DNA from: Candidatus Nomurabacteria bacterium GW2011_GWA2_40_9
GTDB lineage: Bacteria > Patescibacteriota > Minisyncoccia > Phycocordibacterales > UBA9973
Reading direction: 5' to 3'
DNA: 42,447 nucleotides
NCBI GenBank assembly: GCA_000993955.1
Contig: LBZW01000001.1
Coordinates: forward strand, 1 to 42,447
The position numbers were made by a program, and so were the translations under genes. This document shows positions 9,073 through 18,896 of the stretch, piece by piece. The notes beneath the pieces were generated by a model. That model did not search any database, was not told the DNA's origin, and saw only the letters and a list, made by a program, of their open reading frames with translations. Positions within the stretch are counted from its first letter, which is position 1. Each line of letters opens with the position of its first letter.

Positions 9073-9168
9073 CTTTGTATTCTAACATATTTTAAGGCAA
9101 GAAATAGTAAAATCTTTAATGCTTCTCAAAAACTATACCTGCAAAGATTTTTTTGGTATAATTTCTGT

Positions 9169-9618
9169 ATGTTACACGAAAAAATAAAAAACAGTATAAA
9201 AGAAGCCATGATAGCAAGGGACACAGTTCGCTTGGAAGTCTTGCGTGGCATGTCTGCTTCATTTATGAATGAACTGGTGGCCAAAGGCAGAAAGCCAAAT
9301 GAACTATTGACTGACGAAGAAGCACTGGTTGTGATCACTCGGTTAGCAAAACAGAGAAAAGATTCTATAGAGCAATTTAAAAAAGGCAACAGAGAAGACT
9401 TGGTGAAAGAAGAATCGGCACAGCTTGCGATACTCGAGACATATTTACCAAAACTCATGGAGCGGGAAGAAGTAGAGAAAATAGTCAAAGCTAAAAAAGA
9501 AGAATTGGGAGTGATAGATGCTACAGGGAAAGGAATCCTGATGGCAGAGACAATGAAGGAACTAAAAGGCAAAGCCGACGGAGCTGTAGTAAAACAAGTA
9601 ATAGATTCTCTTTTCTAA
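9169..9618 (+). CDS. GatB/YqeY domain protein
   Basis: IKEAMIARD, KQRKDSIEQF, ILETYLP, LKGKADG; start at ATG 9169. Confidence 0.92.
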   Translation: MLHEKIKNSIKEAMIARDTVRLEVLRGMSASFMNELVAKGRKPNELLTDEEALVVITRLAKQRKDSIEQFKKGNREDLVKEESAQLAILETYLPKLMEREEVEKIVKAKKEELGVIDATGKGILMAETMKELKGKADGAVVKQVIDSLF

Positions 9619-9619
9619 T

Positions 9620-10225
9620 ATGCACACTGTAAAACTCATAACTGGCTTGGTAGAGCATCATCAAATTTTGGCTTATTTTGTTATTTTTCTAGGGCTCATA
9701 TTTGAAGGGGAGTTTATACTGCTCACTACTGGAGTGTTGACATACCTCGGAGGGTTGGATTTTGGTTTCGCTTTGCTTTTTGTTTTTTGCGGTGGAATAT
9801 CTAAAAGTCTGCTCGGATATTATATAGGTAAAGTTATACATAAAAAATGGCGGGATACAAAATTTGTAAAATATTTAGAACACAGGGTAACCGATGTCAT
9901 GCCGAACTTTAGTCACAAACCTTTTTGGTCTATATTTATTTCAAAATTTATCATGGGGGTAAATCATCTTGTTATTATCTTTTCTGGTTTTAAGAAAATA
10001 AATTACAAGACATATATAAAAGCAGAATTTATCTCCACTGCTATCTGGGCACCACTGCTACTGTCGCTCGGATACTTTTTCGGTTATACTGCACTTAATG
10101 TAACTCGTGAAGTGTGGAGGTTCTTATTGGTTGTATTTATCCTGATAATAGGATTTTTGATTTTAGATAAATTATTTGCATTTATTTACAGAGTTTTTGA
10201 AGAATTTTATGATAAGCAGAATTAA
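9620..10225 (+). CDS. DedA/SNARE-associated membrane protein
   Basis: Hydrophobic; FEGEFILL, LGYYIG, IFISKF, LGYFFG. Confidence 0.85.
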   Translation: MHTVKLITGLVEHHQILAYFVIFLGLIFEGEFILLTTGVLTYLGGLDFGFALLFVFCGGISKSLLGYYIGKVIHKKWRDTKFVKYLEHRVTDVMPNFSHKPFWSIFISKFIMGVNHLVIIFSGFKKINYKTYIKAEFISTAIWAPLLLSLGYFFGYTALNVTREVWRFLLVVFILIIGFLILDKLFAFIYRVFEEFYDKQN

Positions 10226-11147
10226 AAAACAAAAAGTTCATAAACTCGTCACACACAATGGGTCATTTCACTCTGATGATCTTTTTGCTTGTGCAGTTCT
10301 GGTCATTATGCTCGAAGATCAGGGGAAAAAGTTTGAGATCATTCGTACTCGAGATGAAGAAGTTTTAAAACAAGGTGATTATGTTTTTGATGTAGGTGGT
10401 ATGTATGTTCCAGAGTTAAATAAATTTGACCATCATCAGCGGGGTGGGGCAGGTGAGAGGGACAATGGAATTCTGTATGCGTCATTTGGTCTCGTGTGGA
10501 AAAATTTCGGACTGGATTTGTGTGATGGAGATGAAGAAGTTTTTAATATGATAGACAGGAAAATAGTTGCACCGATAGACTCTATAGACAATGGTGTGGA
10601 TATAGTAACTCCAAAATTTGATAATATAGTGCCCTATGGCGGAGATCAGCCGTTTCTGATATTTACCCCTACTTGGCAAGAAGACGAATCCGAGACTGAT
10701 AATATTTTTAGAGTTCAAGTCAGGTCTGTGGCTAAAGTATTGCGAAGAGAAATAGAAGTGGCAAAGGCAGATAGTGCAGGCAGGCAGCTCATAGTAGAAG
10801 CATACAAAAATTCAGCAAACAAACAAATCATAGAACTACCAAAATCTGGTTTTCCTAGATACTTATATCAAAAGACCCTTTCTTGTTTTCCAGAGCCTAT
10901 TTATGTAGTATACGAGAGTGCTCATACAGACAATTGGAAAGTAGAGGCTATAACAAAAAGTCCCGATACATTGGAAAGCAGAAAGTATTTTCCTGAAAGC
11001 TGGCGGGGGTTCATGAATAACGATCCAAAATTTGGAGATGTGACAGGAGTGTCGGACGCTATATTTTGCCACAAGAGCGGGTTCCTCCTCACAGTAAAAT
11101 CAAAAGAGGGGGCAATGAAATTAGCAGAATTAGCATTAAAGAGTTAG
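10209..11147 (+). CDS. MYG1-family (DHH-like) exonuclease
   Basis: THNGSFHSDD, IRTRD, DVGG, FDHHQ, FPESWRG, IFCHKSGF. Confidence 0.9.
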   Translation: MISRIKKQKVHKLVTHNGSFHSDDLFACAVLVIMLEDQGKKFEIIRTRDEEVLKQGDYVFDVGGMYVPELNKFDHHQRGGAGERDNGILYASFGLVWKNFGLDLCDGDEEVFNMIDRKIVAPIDSIDNGVDIVTPKFDNIVPYGGDQPFLIFTPTWQEDESETDNIFRVQVRSVAKVLRREIEVAKADSAGRQLIVEAYKNSANKQIIELPKSGFPRYLYQKTLSCFPEPIYVVYESAHTDNWKVEAITKSPDTLESRKYFPESWRGFMNNDPKFGDVTGVSDAIFCHKSGFLLTVKSKEGAMKLAELALKS

Positions 11148-11156
11148 ACTCTATGC

Positions 11157-12167
11157 ATGGCATTCATCGATGAAATAACGATATACGCAGAAGCAGGCCG
11201 TGGTGGAGACGGAGTAGTACGCTGGCGTCAAGAAAAATTTATCCCAAAGGGTGGCCCCGCAGGCGGAGATGCAGGCAGGGGTGGGGATTTCTATGTGCAA
11301 GCAGTCCGAGACATAAATATACTTTCAAAATACAAAGCGAAGAAGAAATTCATAGCAGAGCGGGGAGAAGACGGCGGAAACAAGAGTTTTCACGGCAAGA
11401 GCGGAGAAGATTTTGTATTAGATTTACCCATCGGTTCTGTTATCACAAATTCAGAAAGCGGTGAGAAATTTTTCTTGTTAGAAGAAGGGCAAAAGATCAT
11501 GCTCCTAAGGGGTGGCTACGGAGGATTTGGCAATGAACACTTCAAGGGTTCTACAAATACTACTCCGATGGAGTCCAATCCAGGCCAAGAAGGAGAACAT
11601 GCAAACTTTTATATTGAAGTAGAAATCTTTGCGGATTTGGGACTGATAGGGCTTCCAAATGCTGGAAAATCTTCACTTCTCAATTCTCTGACAAATGCAC
11701 AAGCAAAAGTGGCTGACTATGCATTTACCACACTTGATCCAAACCTCGGAGATTTTTATAAATACATTATTGCAGACATTCCGGGACTAATCGAAGGAGC
11801 GTCCGAAGGCAAGGGTCTCGGAGTAAAGTTCTTGCGTCATGTCAAACGGACAAAAATACTCGCCCACCTAGTGTCTTTTGAAGAGTCTGGTGATATGCTG
11901 AAGCGATACAAAGAAATTCGAAAAGAATTAGAAAAGTATGATAAAAAGTTGGGTCTAGGAACAGATGGGCTTGCTTCAAAAGAAGAAATAATAGTTCTGA
12001 CAAAAATAGATGTAATAGGAGATAAAAAAGAAGATAAAAAAATAATAGCAAAACAAATAAAAGCTTTTGAAAAGCTTGATAAAAAAGTCTTCACCATCTC
12101 ACTTTTTGACGATGCCTCTGTAAAAACTTTTGGAGATGCACTCATAAAAATTTTAAAAAAAGCGTAA
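11157..12167 (+). CDS. obgE: GTPase ObgE
   Basis: FIDE...GRGGDG...PKGGPAGGD, GLPNAGKSS, YAFTTL, DIPGLIEGAS, TKID. Confidence 0.96.
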   Translation: MAFIDEITIYAEAGRGGDGVVRWRQEKFIPKGGPAGGDAGRGGDFYVQAVRDINILSKYKAKKKFIAERGEDGGNKSFHGKSGEDFVLDLPIGSVITNSESGEKFFLLEEGQKIMLLRGGYGGFGNEHFKGSTNTTPMESNPGQEGEHANFYIEVEIFADLGLIGLPNAGKSSLLNSLTNAQAKVADYAFTTLDPNLGDFYKYIIADIPGLIEGASEGKGLGVKFLRHVKRTKILAHLVSFEESGDMLKRYKEIRKELEKYDKKLGLGTDGLASKEEIIVLTKIDVIGDKKEDKKIIAKQIKAFEKLDKKVFTISLFDDASVKTFGDALIKILKKA

Positions 12168-12188
12168 ATACATATATAATATAAATAT

Positions 12189-13700
12189 ATGCAAGAAAAA
12201 AATTCTGAAAAATATTACACCACCATCGGGCTTGAAATACACGCAGAATTGAAGACAACTACAAAGATGTTTTGTAGTTGTAGAAATAACCCTGATGAAA
12301 CAAAACCAAATACAAATATCTGCCCTGTGTGCATGGCGCACCCTGGGGCATTGCCTGTAATAAATAAAAAAGCAGTTGAGAATGTGATAAGAGTTGGTCT
12401 GGCTATCGGTGCAGAGATTGCAGATTTTTCAGAATTTGATAGAAAGAATTATTTTTATCCCGACATCCCAAAAGGGTACCAGATTTCTCAATATAAATAC
12501 CCAATAGTAAAAGGTGGCAAACTAGCTGGTATGGATATCACTCGTATTCACTTAGAGGAAGATACAGCGAATAACAAACACCTGTCGGGTGTTGGACACC
12601 CGGAAATTCAGGACGAGTATTCACTCATTGACTTCAATCGTGCTGGCGTGCCACTGATGGAGCTTGTGACCGAGGCGCATACTTTTGAGACGAGTGAGGA
12701 GGCAGCAAAAGTTGCGAGTAATTTTGCAAAAGAATATCAGCTCCTCCTGCAGTATATAGATGCCTCAGAAGCGAATATGGAAAAAGGGGAGATGCGAGTG
12801 GAAGCAAATGTATCTGTCTCACCTGATAAAGATAAGAAATGGACTGCCTATGTGGAAGTAAAAAATTTAAACTCTTTCAAGAGCGTAGAAAAAGCTATCA
12901 AATATGAAGTAGAGCGAATGATAGAACTTTTTGAAGAAGGCAAAGAGAGTGAAATAGTAAAAGAAACTCGTGGCTTCGATGAAGCAAAGCAGAGGACTGT
13001 GTCTCAGCGTAAAAAGGAATCCAGTGAAGACTACAGATACTTCCCAGACCCAGACCTACCAAAGATGAAACTTCATGAAGCGTTTGATTTGGAAAAAGTG
13101 AAGCAAGAGTTACCTGAGTTGCCCATGCAAAAGCGCGTGCGATATAAGAATGATTTTGGAATAAAAGATGAAGATATAGAAATTTATATAAATGATAAAG
13201 AGCTTGCAAAATGGTTTGAAGAAGTTGCAAATCTTTTGTTTTCTCCCCCTGCCAGAGGGGGAGTGTCCGAAGGACGAGGGGGTGGGAGTGAAAAAATTAA
13301 AACAGCATCAAATTATATCACATCAGATTATTTGGGTATAAAGAAGTTCCAGCCAGAGGCAAGGCCTCTGGCTGCGACGAATTTTGCCGAGCTTATAAAT
13401 TTGGTTACAGAAAATAAAATCTCTTCTCGCGCTACAAAGGACATACTTGCGATGATAGTGATAGATGATGCGTCTCCATTAAAAATAGCAACAGAGAAAA
13501 ATTTGTTACAAAAAAATGATGAAGGCGAACTAAAAGGTATAGTAGAAAAAATACTTGCAGAAAATCAGCAAGTAGTGGCTACATACAAAGGCGGTAAAGA
13601 AAATGCTCTTATGTCCCTAGTGGGTAAAATAATAAAAGAAACAAATGGCTCTGCCAATCCACAGGTGGTAATTAAATTATTAAAAGAGTTGATAAAATAA
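12189..13700 (+). CDS. gatB: Asp/Glu-tRNA amidotransferase subunit B
   Basis: IGLEIHAEL, DRKNYFYPD, HLEED, DFNRAGVPLMELVT, DYRYFPDPDL. Confidence 0.96.
   Translation: MQEKNSEKYYTTIGLEIHAELKTTTKMFCSCRNNPDETKPNTNICPVCMAHPGALPVINKKAVENVIRVGLAIGAEIADFSEFDRKNYFYPDIPKGYQISQYKYPIVKGGKLAGMDITRIHLEEDTANNKHLSGVGHPEIQDEYSLIDFNRAGVPLMELVTEAHTFETSEEAAKVASNFAKEYQLLLQYIDASEANMEKGEMRVEANVSVSPDKDKKWTAYVEVKNLNSFKSVEKAIKYEVERMIELFEEGKESEIVKETRGFDEAKQRTVSQRKKESSEDYRYFPDPDLPKMKLHEAFDLEKVKQELPELPMQKRVRYKNDFGIKDEDIEIYINDKELAKWFEEVANLLFSPPARGGVSEGRGGGSEKIKTASNYITSDYLGIKKFQPEARPLAATNFAELINLVTENKISSRATKDILAMIVIDDASPLKIATEKNLLQKNDEGELKGIVEKILAENQQVVATYKGGKENALMSLVGKIIKETNGSANPQVVIKLLKELIK
12585..12603. repeat. In-frame single hairpin in gatB (SGVGHP)
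   Basis: TCGGGTGTTGGACACCCGG; same family as rsmH 2246 and intergenic 32881. Confidence 0.85.
13242..13286 (+). repeat. In-frame double-hairpin insert in gatB (SPPARGGVSEGRGGG)
   Basis: TCTCCCCCTGCCAGAGGGGGAGTGTCCGAAGGACGAGGGGGTGGG, 45 bp; homologous to 15025-15066 (reversed) and 26931-26958. Confidence 0.9.
13350..13374. repeat. In-frame hairpin in gatB (QPEARPLA)
   Basis: CAGCCAGAGGC-AAG-GCCTCTGGCTG, perfect 11-bp stem; same core as atpC 28770. Confidence 0.88.
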
Positions 13701-13707
13701 ATTTTTA

Positions 13708-13737
13708 CCTCCGCCGAAACGGAGGAGTGCCGAAGCA
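13708..13737 (+). repeat. Intergenic degenerate double-hairpin element after gatB
   Basis: CCTCCG-CCGAAA-CGGAGG-AGTGCCGAAGCA resembles the GGAGTGYCCGAAGG family. Confidence 0.55.
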
Positions 13738-13786
13738 ATTGTGATTTTATTATAGCAAAATATAAATCAATGTTATTATTATACTA

Positions 13787-14653
13787 ATGAAAACACTAAG
13801 ACAATATATAAAAGAAGCAAATGAGAAGGGAGTAGCGATAGGGCATTTTAATATTTCAAATTTAGAAGCATTACATGGTATATATAATGCTGCTAAAAAA
13901 TTAAACCTTCCGGTGATCATTGGACTTTCAGAAGGAGAAGAGAAATTTTTGGGCAGAGAGGAAGCAGTAGCTTTGGTTCATACCATAAGAGAACGGGACG
14001 ATTATCCAATTTTTCTAAATGCAGATCATCATGCCAGTTTCAATTCTGTAAAGGCTTGTATAGATGCAGGATTTGATGCGGTGATTATAGACGCAGCAAA
14101 ATTGCCATACGAAGAAAATGTGGCAGTGACAAAGCAGTGTGTAGAGTATGCCCATAAAGTCATGAAAAATACAGGCAGGGATATATTGGTAGAAGCAGAG
14201 ATGGGATACATAGGTTCTGGTTCAGATATGAAAGATAGTATTCCAGAAGGTGCGGGCATACTCACAAATCCAGATGAAGCAAAAAAATTTGTAGAAGAGA
14301 CAGGTATAGACTTGCTTGCTCCATCTGTGGGCTCTATTCACGGGCTTATCAAGTCTGGTAAGCCACACATAAATGCAGAGTTAGTAAAAGAAATAAGAAA
14401 AACTGTAGGTATTCCGCTGGTGCTTCACGGTGGGTCAGGACTACGAGATGAAGATTTTGTCAATGCGATAAAAGCTGGCATTTCTATCGTGCATATAAAC
14501 AGTGAAATTCGTCTAGCTTATAAAGAAGCCGTGGAGAAATTCATCGAAGCTAACCCGAGCGAGATTACTCCGGCGAAAATTTTAACAGGAGCAGTACAAG
14601 CAATAGAGGAAGTAGTAGAAGCACGCTTGAGACTTTTTAATGAAATAAAATAA
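13787..14653 (+). CDS. fba: Class II fructose-bisphosphate aldolase
   Basis: GHFNISNLE, NADHH, VEAEMGYIG, PSVGSIHG, LVLHGGSG. Confidence 0.9.
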   Translation: MKTLRQYIKEANEKGVAIGHFNISNLEALHGIYNAAKKLNLPVIIGLSEGEEKFLGREEAVALVHTIRERDDYPIFLNADHHASFNSVKACIDAGFDAVIIDAAKLPYEENVAVTKQCVEYAHKVMKNTGRDILVEAEMGYIGSGSDMKDSIPEGAGILTNPDEAKKFVEETGIDLLAPSVGSIHGLIKSGKPHINAELVKEIRKTVGIPLVLHGGSGLRDEDFVNAIKAGISIVHINSEIRLAYKEAVEKFIEANPSEITPAKILTGAVQAIEEVVEARLRLFNEIK

Positions 14654-14656
14654 TTT

Positions 14657-16528
14657 ATGGAAGAAATTTTAAAAAAAGATTTAAAACAAGAAATACAAAA
14701 ATTTTTTAAAGGGGATGTGGAAGATGGGGAAGAGACTCTCTCAAAGTATTCTAGGGATGCGAGTATTTTTGAAATTCGACCACAGTTGGTGCTTTTTCCA
14801 AAAGATACAGAAGATGTGAAAAGTTTAGTAAAGTGGGTCAGTGAAAATTGCGGTAGGCAAGACCTACCACAATTATCTATTACTTGTAGATGTGCAGGGA
14901 CGGATATGTCAGGCGGTGCTATAGGTGAATCTATTATCTTGGATTTTACGAGGTACATGAATAAGTTGATTGCATTTTCTCCCCTCCTTGTGGAGGAGGG
15001 GGTAGGGGGTGGTGATTCAAAATTACCCCCTCGCCCTTCGGGCACTCCCCCTTATCAAGGGGGAGAGGAAAACACAATCACGGTTGAACCTGGTATGTTT
15101 TATAGAGATTTTGAAAAAATAACTTTATCTAAAGGAATGATTTTGCCTTGTTATACTGCATCGAAAAGTTTAAATGCTATGGGTGGTATGTATGGAAATA
15201 ATTCTGCCGGAGAGCGAACACTCAAATACGGCAAAACTGACAATTATATCTTGGAATCAAAAGTAGTTTTCGGAGACGGGAATGAATATGTGGTGAAGCC
15301 ACTGACGGAAGAAGAATTGAACAAAAAAATATCTCAGAATGATTTTGAGGGAAATATTTATAAAAATATTTATGAGCTTATACAAAATAACCAAGAAGAA
15401 ATAAAAAATGCCAAGCCAAAAGTACACAAAAATTCTGCTGGGTATTATGTATGGAACGTGATGGGAGTAAATACGCAGGATGTGAAAAATTCTGCCGTCT
15501 TTACCCTTCCCGGAGTACCGGGTGGGACCTACGCCGATCAGGATTTTTCACATCCTGCGTATTTTGATTTAAACAAACTTCTCGTCGGCTCTCAGGGCAC
15601 ACTTGGCATAGCGACAGAAATTACTTTTAAATTAGTGCCAAATCCAAAGTACTCAAAACTTGTAGCAGTATTTATGAATGACCTGGCACCACTTGGGAAT
15701 CTCGTAGATGAGATTTTGGAATTAAATCCAGAGACGTTGGAAGCTTATGATGACAAGACTATGAAGCTCGCTGTCAGGTTTTTCCCAGATTTTTTGAAAA
15801 ATAAAGGGTTTATAGGCATGATAAAATTTATGTGGAGCTTCTTACCAGAACTCGGGATGACGATTACGGGAGGATTCCCTAAGCTTATTCTTCTGGCTGA
15901 ATTTGCCGGAGAAAATAATCTCGAAGTGCAGATAAAATGCAAAGCCCTGCAAGAAAAAATAAAACATTTTAACCTAAAAGTTCATATCACACATTCTACT
16001 GCTGAATCAAATAAATATTGGGACATTAGACGGGAGAGTTTTGCATTACTTCGCAAGCATGTAGCCGGCAAGCACACTGCGCCATTCATAGATGACATCA
16101 TAGTTCGTCCGGAATTCTTGCCGAAGTTTATTCCCCAGTTGAATGAGATCTTGAGAAAATATGATCTGACTTATACTATCGCAGGGCATGCAGGAGATGG
16201 AAATTTTCACATCATACCGCTCATGAATTTCTCTAGGCCTGATATGGGGCAGATAATTATGGAGCTATCAGAAAAGGTATATGACTTGGTTTTGAAATAC
16301 GAAGGCTCTATCACAGCAGAGCACAATGACGGCATTATCCGTACGCCATTCTTACAAAAAATGTACGGTGAGAAAATAATAGAAATATTTAAAGAAATAA
16401 AAAACATCTTTGATCTAAAATATATTTTGAACCCTGGCAAAAAAGTCCCCATAGAAGATGGCCAAGGCTCTAAAGAATTTATATTATCTCATATATATAA
16501 GGAGCATACGACGGTACACAAAGTCTAA
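14657..16528 (+). CDS. FAD-binding oxidoreductase (GlcD/D-lactate dehydrogenase-like)
   Basis: YSRDAS, AGTDMSGG, GGMYGNNSAG, GSQGTLG, GHAGDGNFH, AEHNDG, FD...LNPGK. Confidence 0.88.
   Translation: MEEILKKDLKQEIQKFFKGDVEDGEETLSKYSRDASIFEIRPQLVLFPKDTEDVKSLVKWVSENCGRQDLPQLSITCRCAGTDMSGGAIGESIILDFTRYMNKLIAFSPLLVEEGVGGGDSKLPPRPSGTPPYQGGEENTITVEPGMFYRDFEKITLSKGMILPCYTASKSLNAMGGMYGNNSAGERTLKYGKTDNYILESKVVFGDGNEYVVKPLTEEELNKKISQNDFEGNIYKNIYELIQNNQEEIKNAKPKVHKNSAGYYVWNVMGVNTQDVKNSAVFTLPGVPGGTYADQDFSHPAYFDLNKLLVGSQGTLGIATEITFKLVPNPKYSKLVAVFMNDLAPLGNLVDEILELNPETLEAYDDKTMKLAVRFFPDFLKNKGFIGMIKFMWSFLPELGMTITGGFPKLILLAEFAGENNLEVQIKCKALQEKIKHFNLKVHITHSTAESNKYWDIRRESFALLRKHVAGKHTAPFIDDIIVRPEFLPKFIPQLNEILRKYDLTYTIAGHAGDGNFHIIPLMNFSRPDMGQIIMELSEKVYDLVLKYEGSITAEHNDGIIRTPFLQKMYGEKIIEIFKEIKNIFDLKYILNPGKKVPIEDGQGSKEFILSHIYKEHTTVHKV
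14846..14874. repeat. In-frame hairpin (NCGRQDLPQL)
   Basis: AATTGCGGTAGG-CAAGA-CCTACCACAATT. Confidence 0.75.
14978..15066. repeat. In-frame pair of oppositely oriented G/C-rich REP-like elements (SPLLVEEGVGGGDSKLPPRPSGTPPYQGGE)
   Basis: 14978-15013 is CCCCTCCT-TGTGG-AGGAGGGG plus a G tail; 15025-15066 is the reverse complement of the gatB 13242 type. Confidence 0.9.
15469..15564. mobile_element. 96-bp in-frame MITE/REPIN-like insert
   Basis: 26-bp inverted arms AAATACGCAGGATGTGAAAAATTCTG / CAGGATTTTTCACATCCTGCGTATTT (1 mismatch) around an inner CCCGG-AGTA-CCGGG hairpin. Confidence 0.8.
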
Positions 16529-16601
16529 AATACACATTTCAGTCATGGCGTAAATATGTAAACGCCTTGCATTTCAAAGTTTTTCATATATAATGGTTTT
16601 T

Positions 16602-17246
16602 ATGTTTGCAATTAAAGCTAAAACAAGAGAAAAAGGAGTAAAGGGAGACATTTTGAAAAAGACAGGGGAAATTCCTGCAGTGTTTTACGGCATGGGTAAT
16701 GATGCTACCTCAATTTCTGTTCCAGTTGTTGAATTCAAAAAAGTTTGGCAGAAAGCAGGAGAGTCTTCCGCAGTAAAAATAGAAGTCGGTACAAAGAATT
16801 TCGATGTTATGATTCATGAAGTTCAGGTGCACCCAATCACTGGTGAACCTGTGCACATAGACTTCCTCGTGATCGACATGAACAAGAGCATTACAGTTTC
16901 TGTTCCACTTGAGTTTACTGGTGTATCTGGTGCTGTAAAGTCTGGACTTGGAGTATTGGTAAAAGTTTTGCATGAGATAGAAATAGAAGCTCTACCAAAA
17001 GATCTTCCTCAGGTTTTGACTGTTGATATATCAAAGTTGAATACTCTAGAAGATGGTATACTCGTTTCTGATATAGTTCTACCAAAAGGAGTAACTCTAG
17101 TAACCGAGGGGACTGATGTGGTTGCTTCTATCGCAGAGCAAAAAGAAGAAGTGGAAGCAGTAGCGACCCCTGTGGATTTGTCTGCTATTGAAGTAGAAAA
17201 GAAAGGAAAGAAAGAAGAGGAAGCTCCTGTCTCAGAAGATAAATAA
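16602..17246 (+). CDS. rplY: 50S ribosomal protein bL25 (Ctc type)
   Basis: IPAVFYG, VQVHP...HIDF, VPLEFTG, EALPKDLP; start 16602 lies 7 nt after TATAAT. Confidence 0.94.
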   Translation: MFAIKAKTREKGVKGDILKKTGEIPAVFYGMGNDATSISVPVVEFKKVWQKAGESSAVKIEVGTKNFDVMIHEVQVHPITGEPVHIDFLVIDMNKSITVSVPLEFTGVSGAVKSGLGVLVKVLHEIEIEALPKDLPQVLTVDISKLNTLEDGILVSDIVLPKGVTLVTEGTDVVASIAEQKEEVEAVATPVDLSAIEVEKKGKKEEEAPVSEDK

Positions 17247-17284
17247 TTTTTCTAATTTAGCATTTTTTATGCTACAATAAAGCT

Positions 17285-18625
17285 ATGATCAAACGATTCG
17301 CCATAGCTTTATTTGTAGTTATATTTATATTTGGAAATTCGTCTGTACAGAAAACATACGGAGCTTTTGATTGTTTAAATTTAACAGTCTCTTCGGTTCA
17401 AGCAGACAAGGATTATTGTAAAGTTGAGCTTACAAAAATAGAAGCTGAACTCACTGAATTATTAAATAAACAAAAGGAACAACAGAAAAATACGGGAACG
17501 CTAAAGGGGGATGTGAATTACCTGACCAGTCAGATCAATGCTTTGAAAACAAAAATAAAAAGTAGAGCTCTGGTGATAGCAAGCTTGAAAGTTTCTATTT
17601 CTGAAAAATCTTCAAAAATAGAATCTTTAGAAGAAAAAATTGATAGTCAGTATGAATCCTTGGCACAGCTACTGCGAAATACAAATGATTTTGATAATGA
17701 AAATCTAGTGCACCTACTTCTTTCAGACAATAATCTGTCTTCATTTTATTCTGACATAGAGTCTTATTCTTCTTTGAAGCAAGCCATCAAAACTTCAGTG
17801 GATGATATAAAAGGAGTAAAAACGGAAACAGAAGTTGAAAAAAAAGAACTTGAAATAAAAAGAAATGCAGAGACTGATGCAAAAATAGAACTAGAAACTA
17901 CTCAAAAAAAGGTAGTTAAGACTGAATCTGAAAAGAAGCAACTTCTCTCTATTAGTCAAAAACAAGAAGAAGCTTACAAAAAATTAGCCGCAGAAAAAAA
18001 AGCAAAAGCAGACAAAATTCGTACGGCACTTTTTGCTCTTCGAGATACAAAAGCTATTCCTTTTGGTACAGCGTTTGAATATGCAAAGGCAGCTGGAGCG
18101 AAGACAGGTGTGAGGCCCGCATTTCTTCTCGCAATCTTAACCCAAGAAACAAATCTTGGAGCAAATGTTGGCACTTGTAACCGCACCACTGACCCCGTGT
18201 CTAAAAGCTGGGAAAATATAATGAAACCAGAGCGAGACATTGAGCCTTTCAAGCGGATCACTGATGCCCTCGGTATTCCTCGTGAGGGCACACCACTTTC
18301 TTGCCCGTCCGGTGGTGGCTGGGGTGGAGCCATGGGGCCATCACAATTTATCCCTTCGACTTGGGAACTTTATGCCAAAAAAGTAGCTAGCGGACTCGGA
18401 ATAAGTGGTATGCCGAATCCATGGGATCCAAAGCATGCATTCATGGCTTCTTCTATATATTTAGGAGAATTAGGTGCAAGTAAGGGTGGCTATACAGCAG
18501 AACGAACAGCAGCACTCAAATATTATGCTGGAAGTAATTGGAATAAAAAGACAAATGCTTTTTATGGCAATAATGTTATGAAACATGCCACTCGGATCCA
18601 AGCAGACATAGATTTGCTCCAGTAG
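17285..18625 (+). CDS. Secreted coiled-coil protein with C-terminal lytic murein transglycosylase (SLT/MltB-like) domain
   Basis: Signal peptide, long coiled coil, LAILTQET, GAMGPSQFIPSTW, NPWDP. Confidence 0.85.
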   Translation: MIKRFAIALFVVIFIFGNSSVQKTYGAFDCLNLTVSSVQADKDYCKVELTKIEAELTELLNKQKEQQKNTGTLKGDVNYLTSQINALKTKIKSRALVIASLKVSISEKSSKIESLEEKIDSQYESLAQLLRNTNDFDNENLVHLLLSDNNLSSFYSDIESYSSLKQAIKTSVDDIKGVKTETEVEKKELEIKRNAETDAKIELETTQKKVVKTESEKKQLLSISQKQEEAYKKLAAEKKAKADKIRTALFALRDTKAIPFGTAFEYAKAAGAKTGVRPAFLLAILTQETNLGANVGTCNRTTDPVSKSWENIMKPERDIEPFKRITDALGIPREGTPLSCPSGGGWGGAMGPSQFIPSTWELYAKKVASGLGISGMPNPWDPKHAFMASSIYLGELGASKGGYTAERTAALKYYAGSNWNKKTNAFYGNNVMKHATRIQADIDLLQ

Positions 18626-18677
18626 TTTACTTTTGAGTTTGCTTTCAATTTAATCTTGTGTTATTCTGACTTAACTT

Positions 18678-18893
18678 ATGAAAAAAGACATACACCCAAA
18701 ATACGATATAAAAGCAAAGGCAACCTGCGCATGTGGAGCAGTTTTTGAGATTGGTTCTACGATGGGAGAGGTACATATGGAAATCTGTAGTCAATGTCAC
18801 CCTTTTTATACTGGAAATGAAAAACTCATGGACACTGCTGGACGCGTAGACAGATTCAATAAACGCAAGGCTGCTTCTCTAAAAGCTCAATAA
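18678..18893 (+). CDS. rpmE: 50S ribosomal protein bL31 (Zn-binding type)
   Basis: [29 protein letters not shown]. Confidence 0.97.
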   Translation: MKKDIHPKYDIKAKATCACGAVFEIGSTMGEVHMEICSQCHPFYTGNEKLMDTAGRVDRFNKRKAASLKAQ

Positions 18894-18896
18894 ATC

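Noticed and set aside
14518..15045. 175-aa antisense ORF and other long antisense ORFs (22564, 23547, 28429, 36968)
   Set aside because: Shadow frames of well-supported genes with no motifs; only the last 26 codons of the 28429 ORF are kept as a weak candidate.
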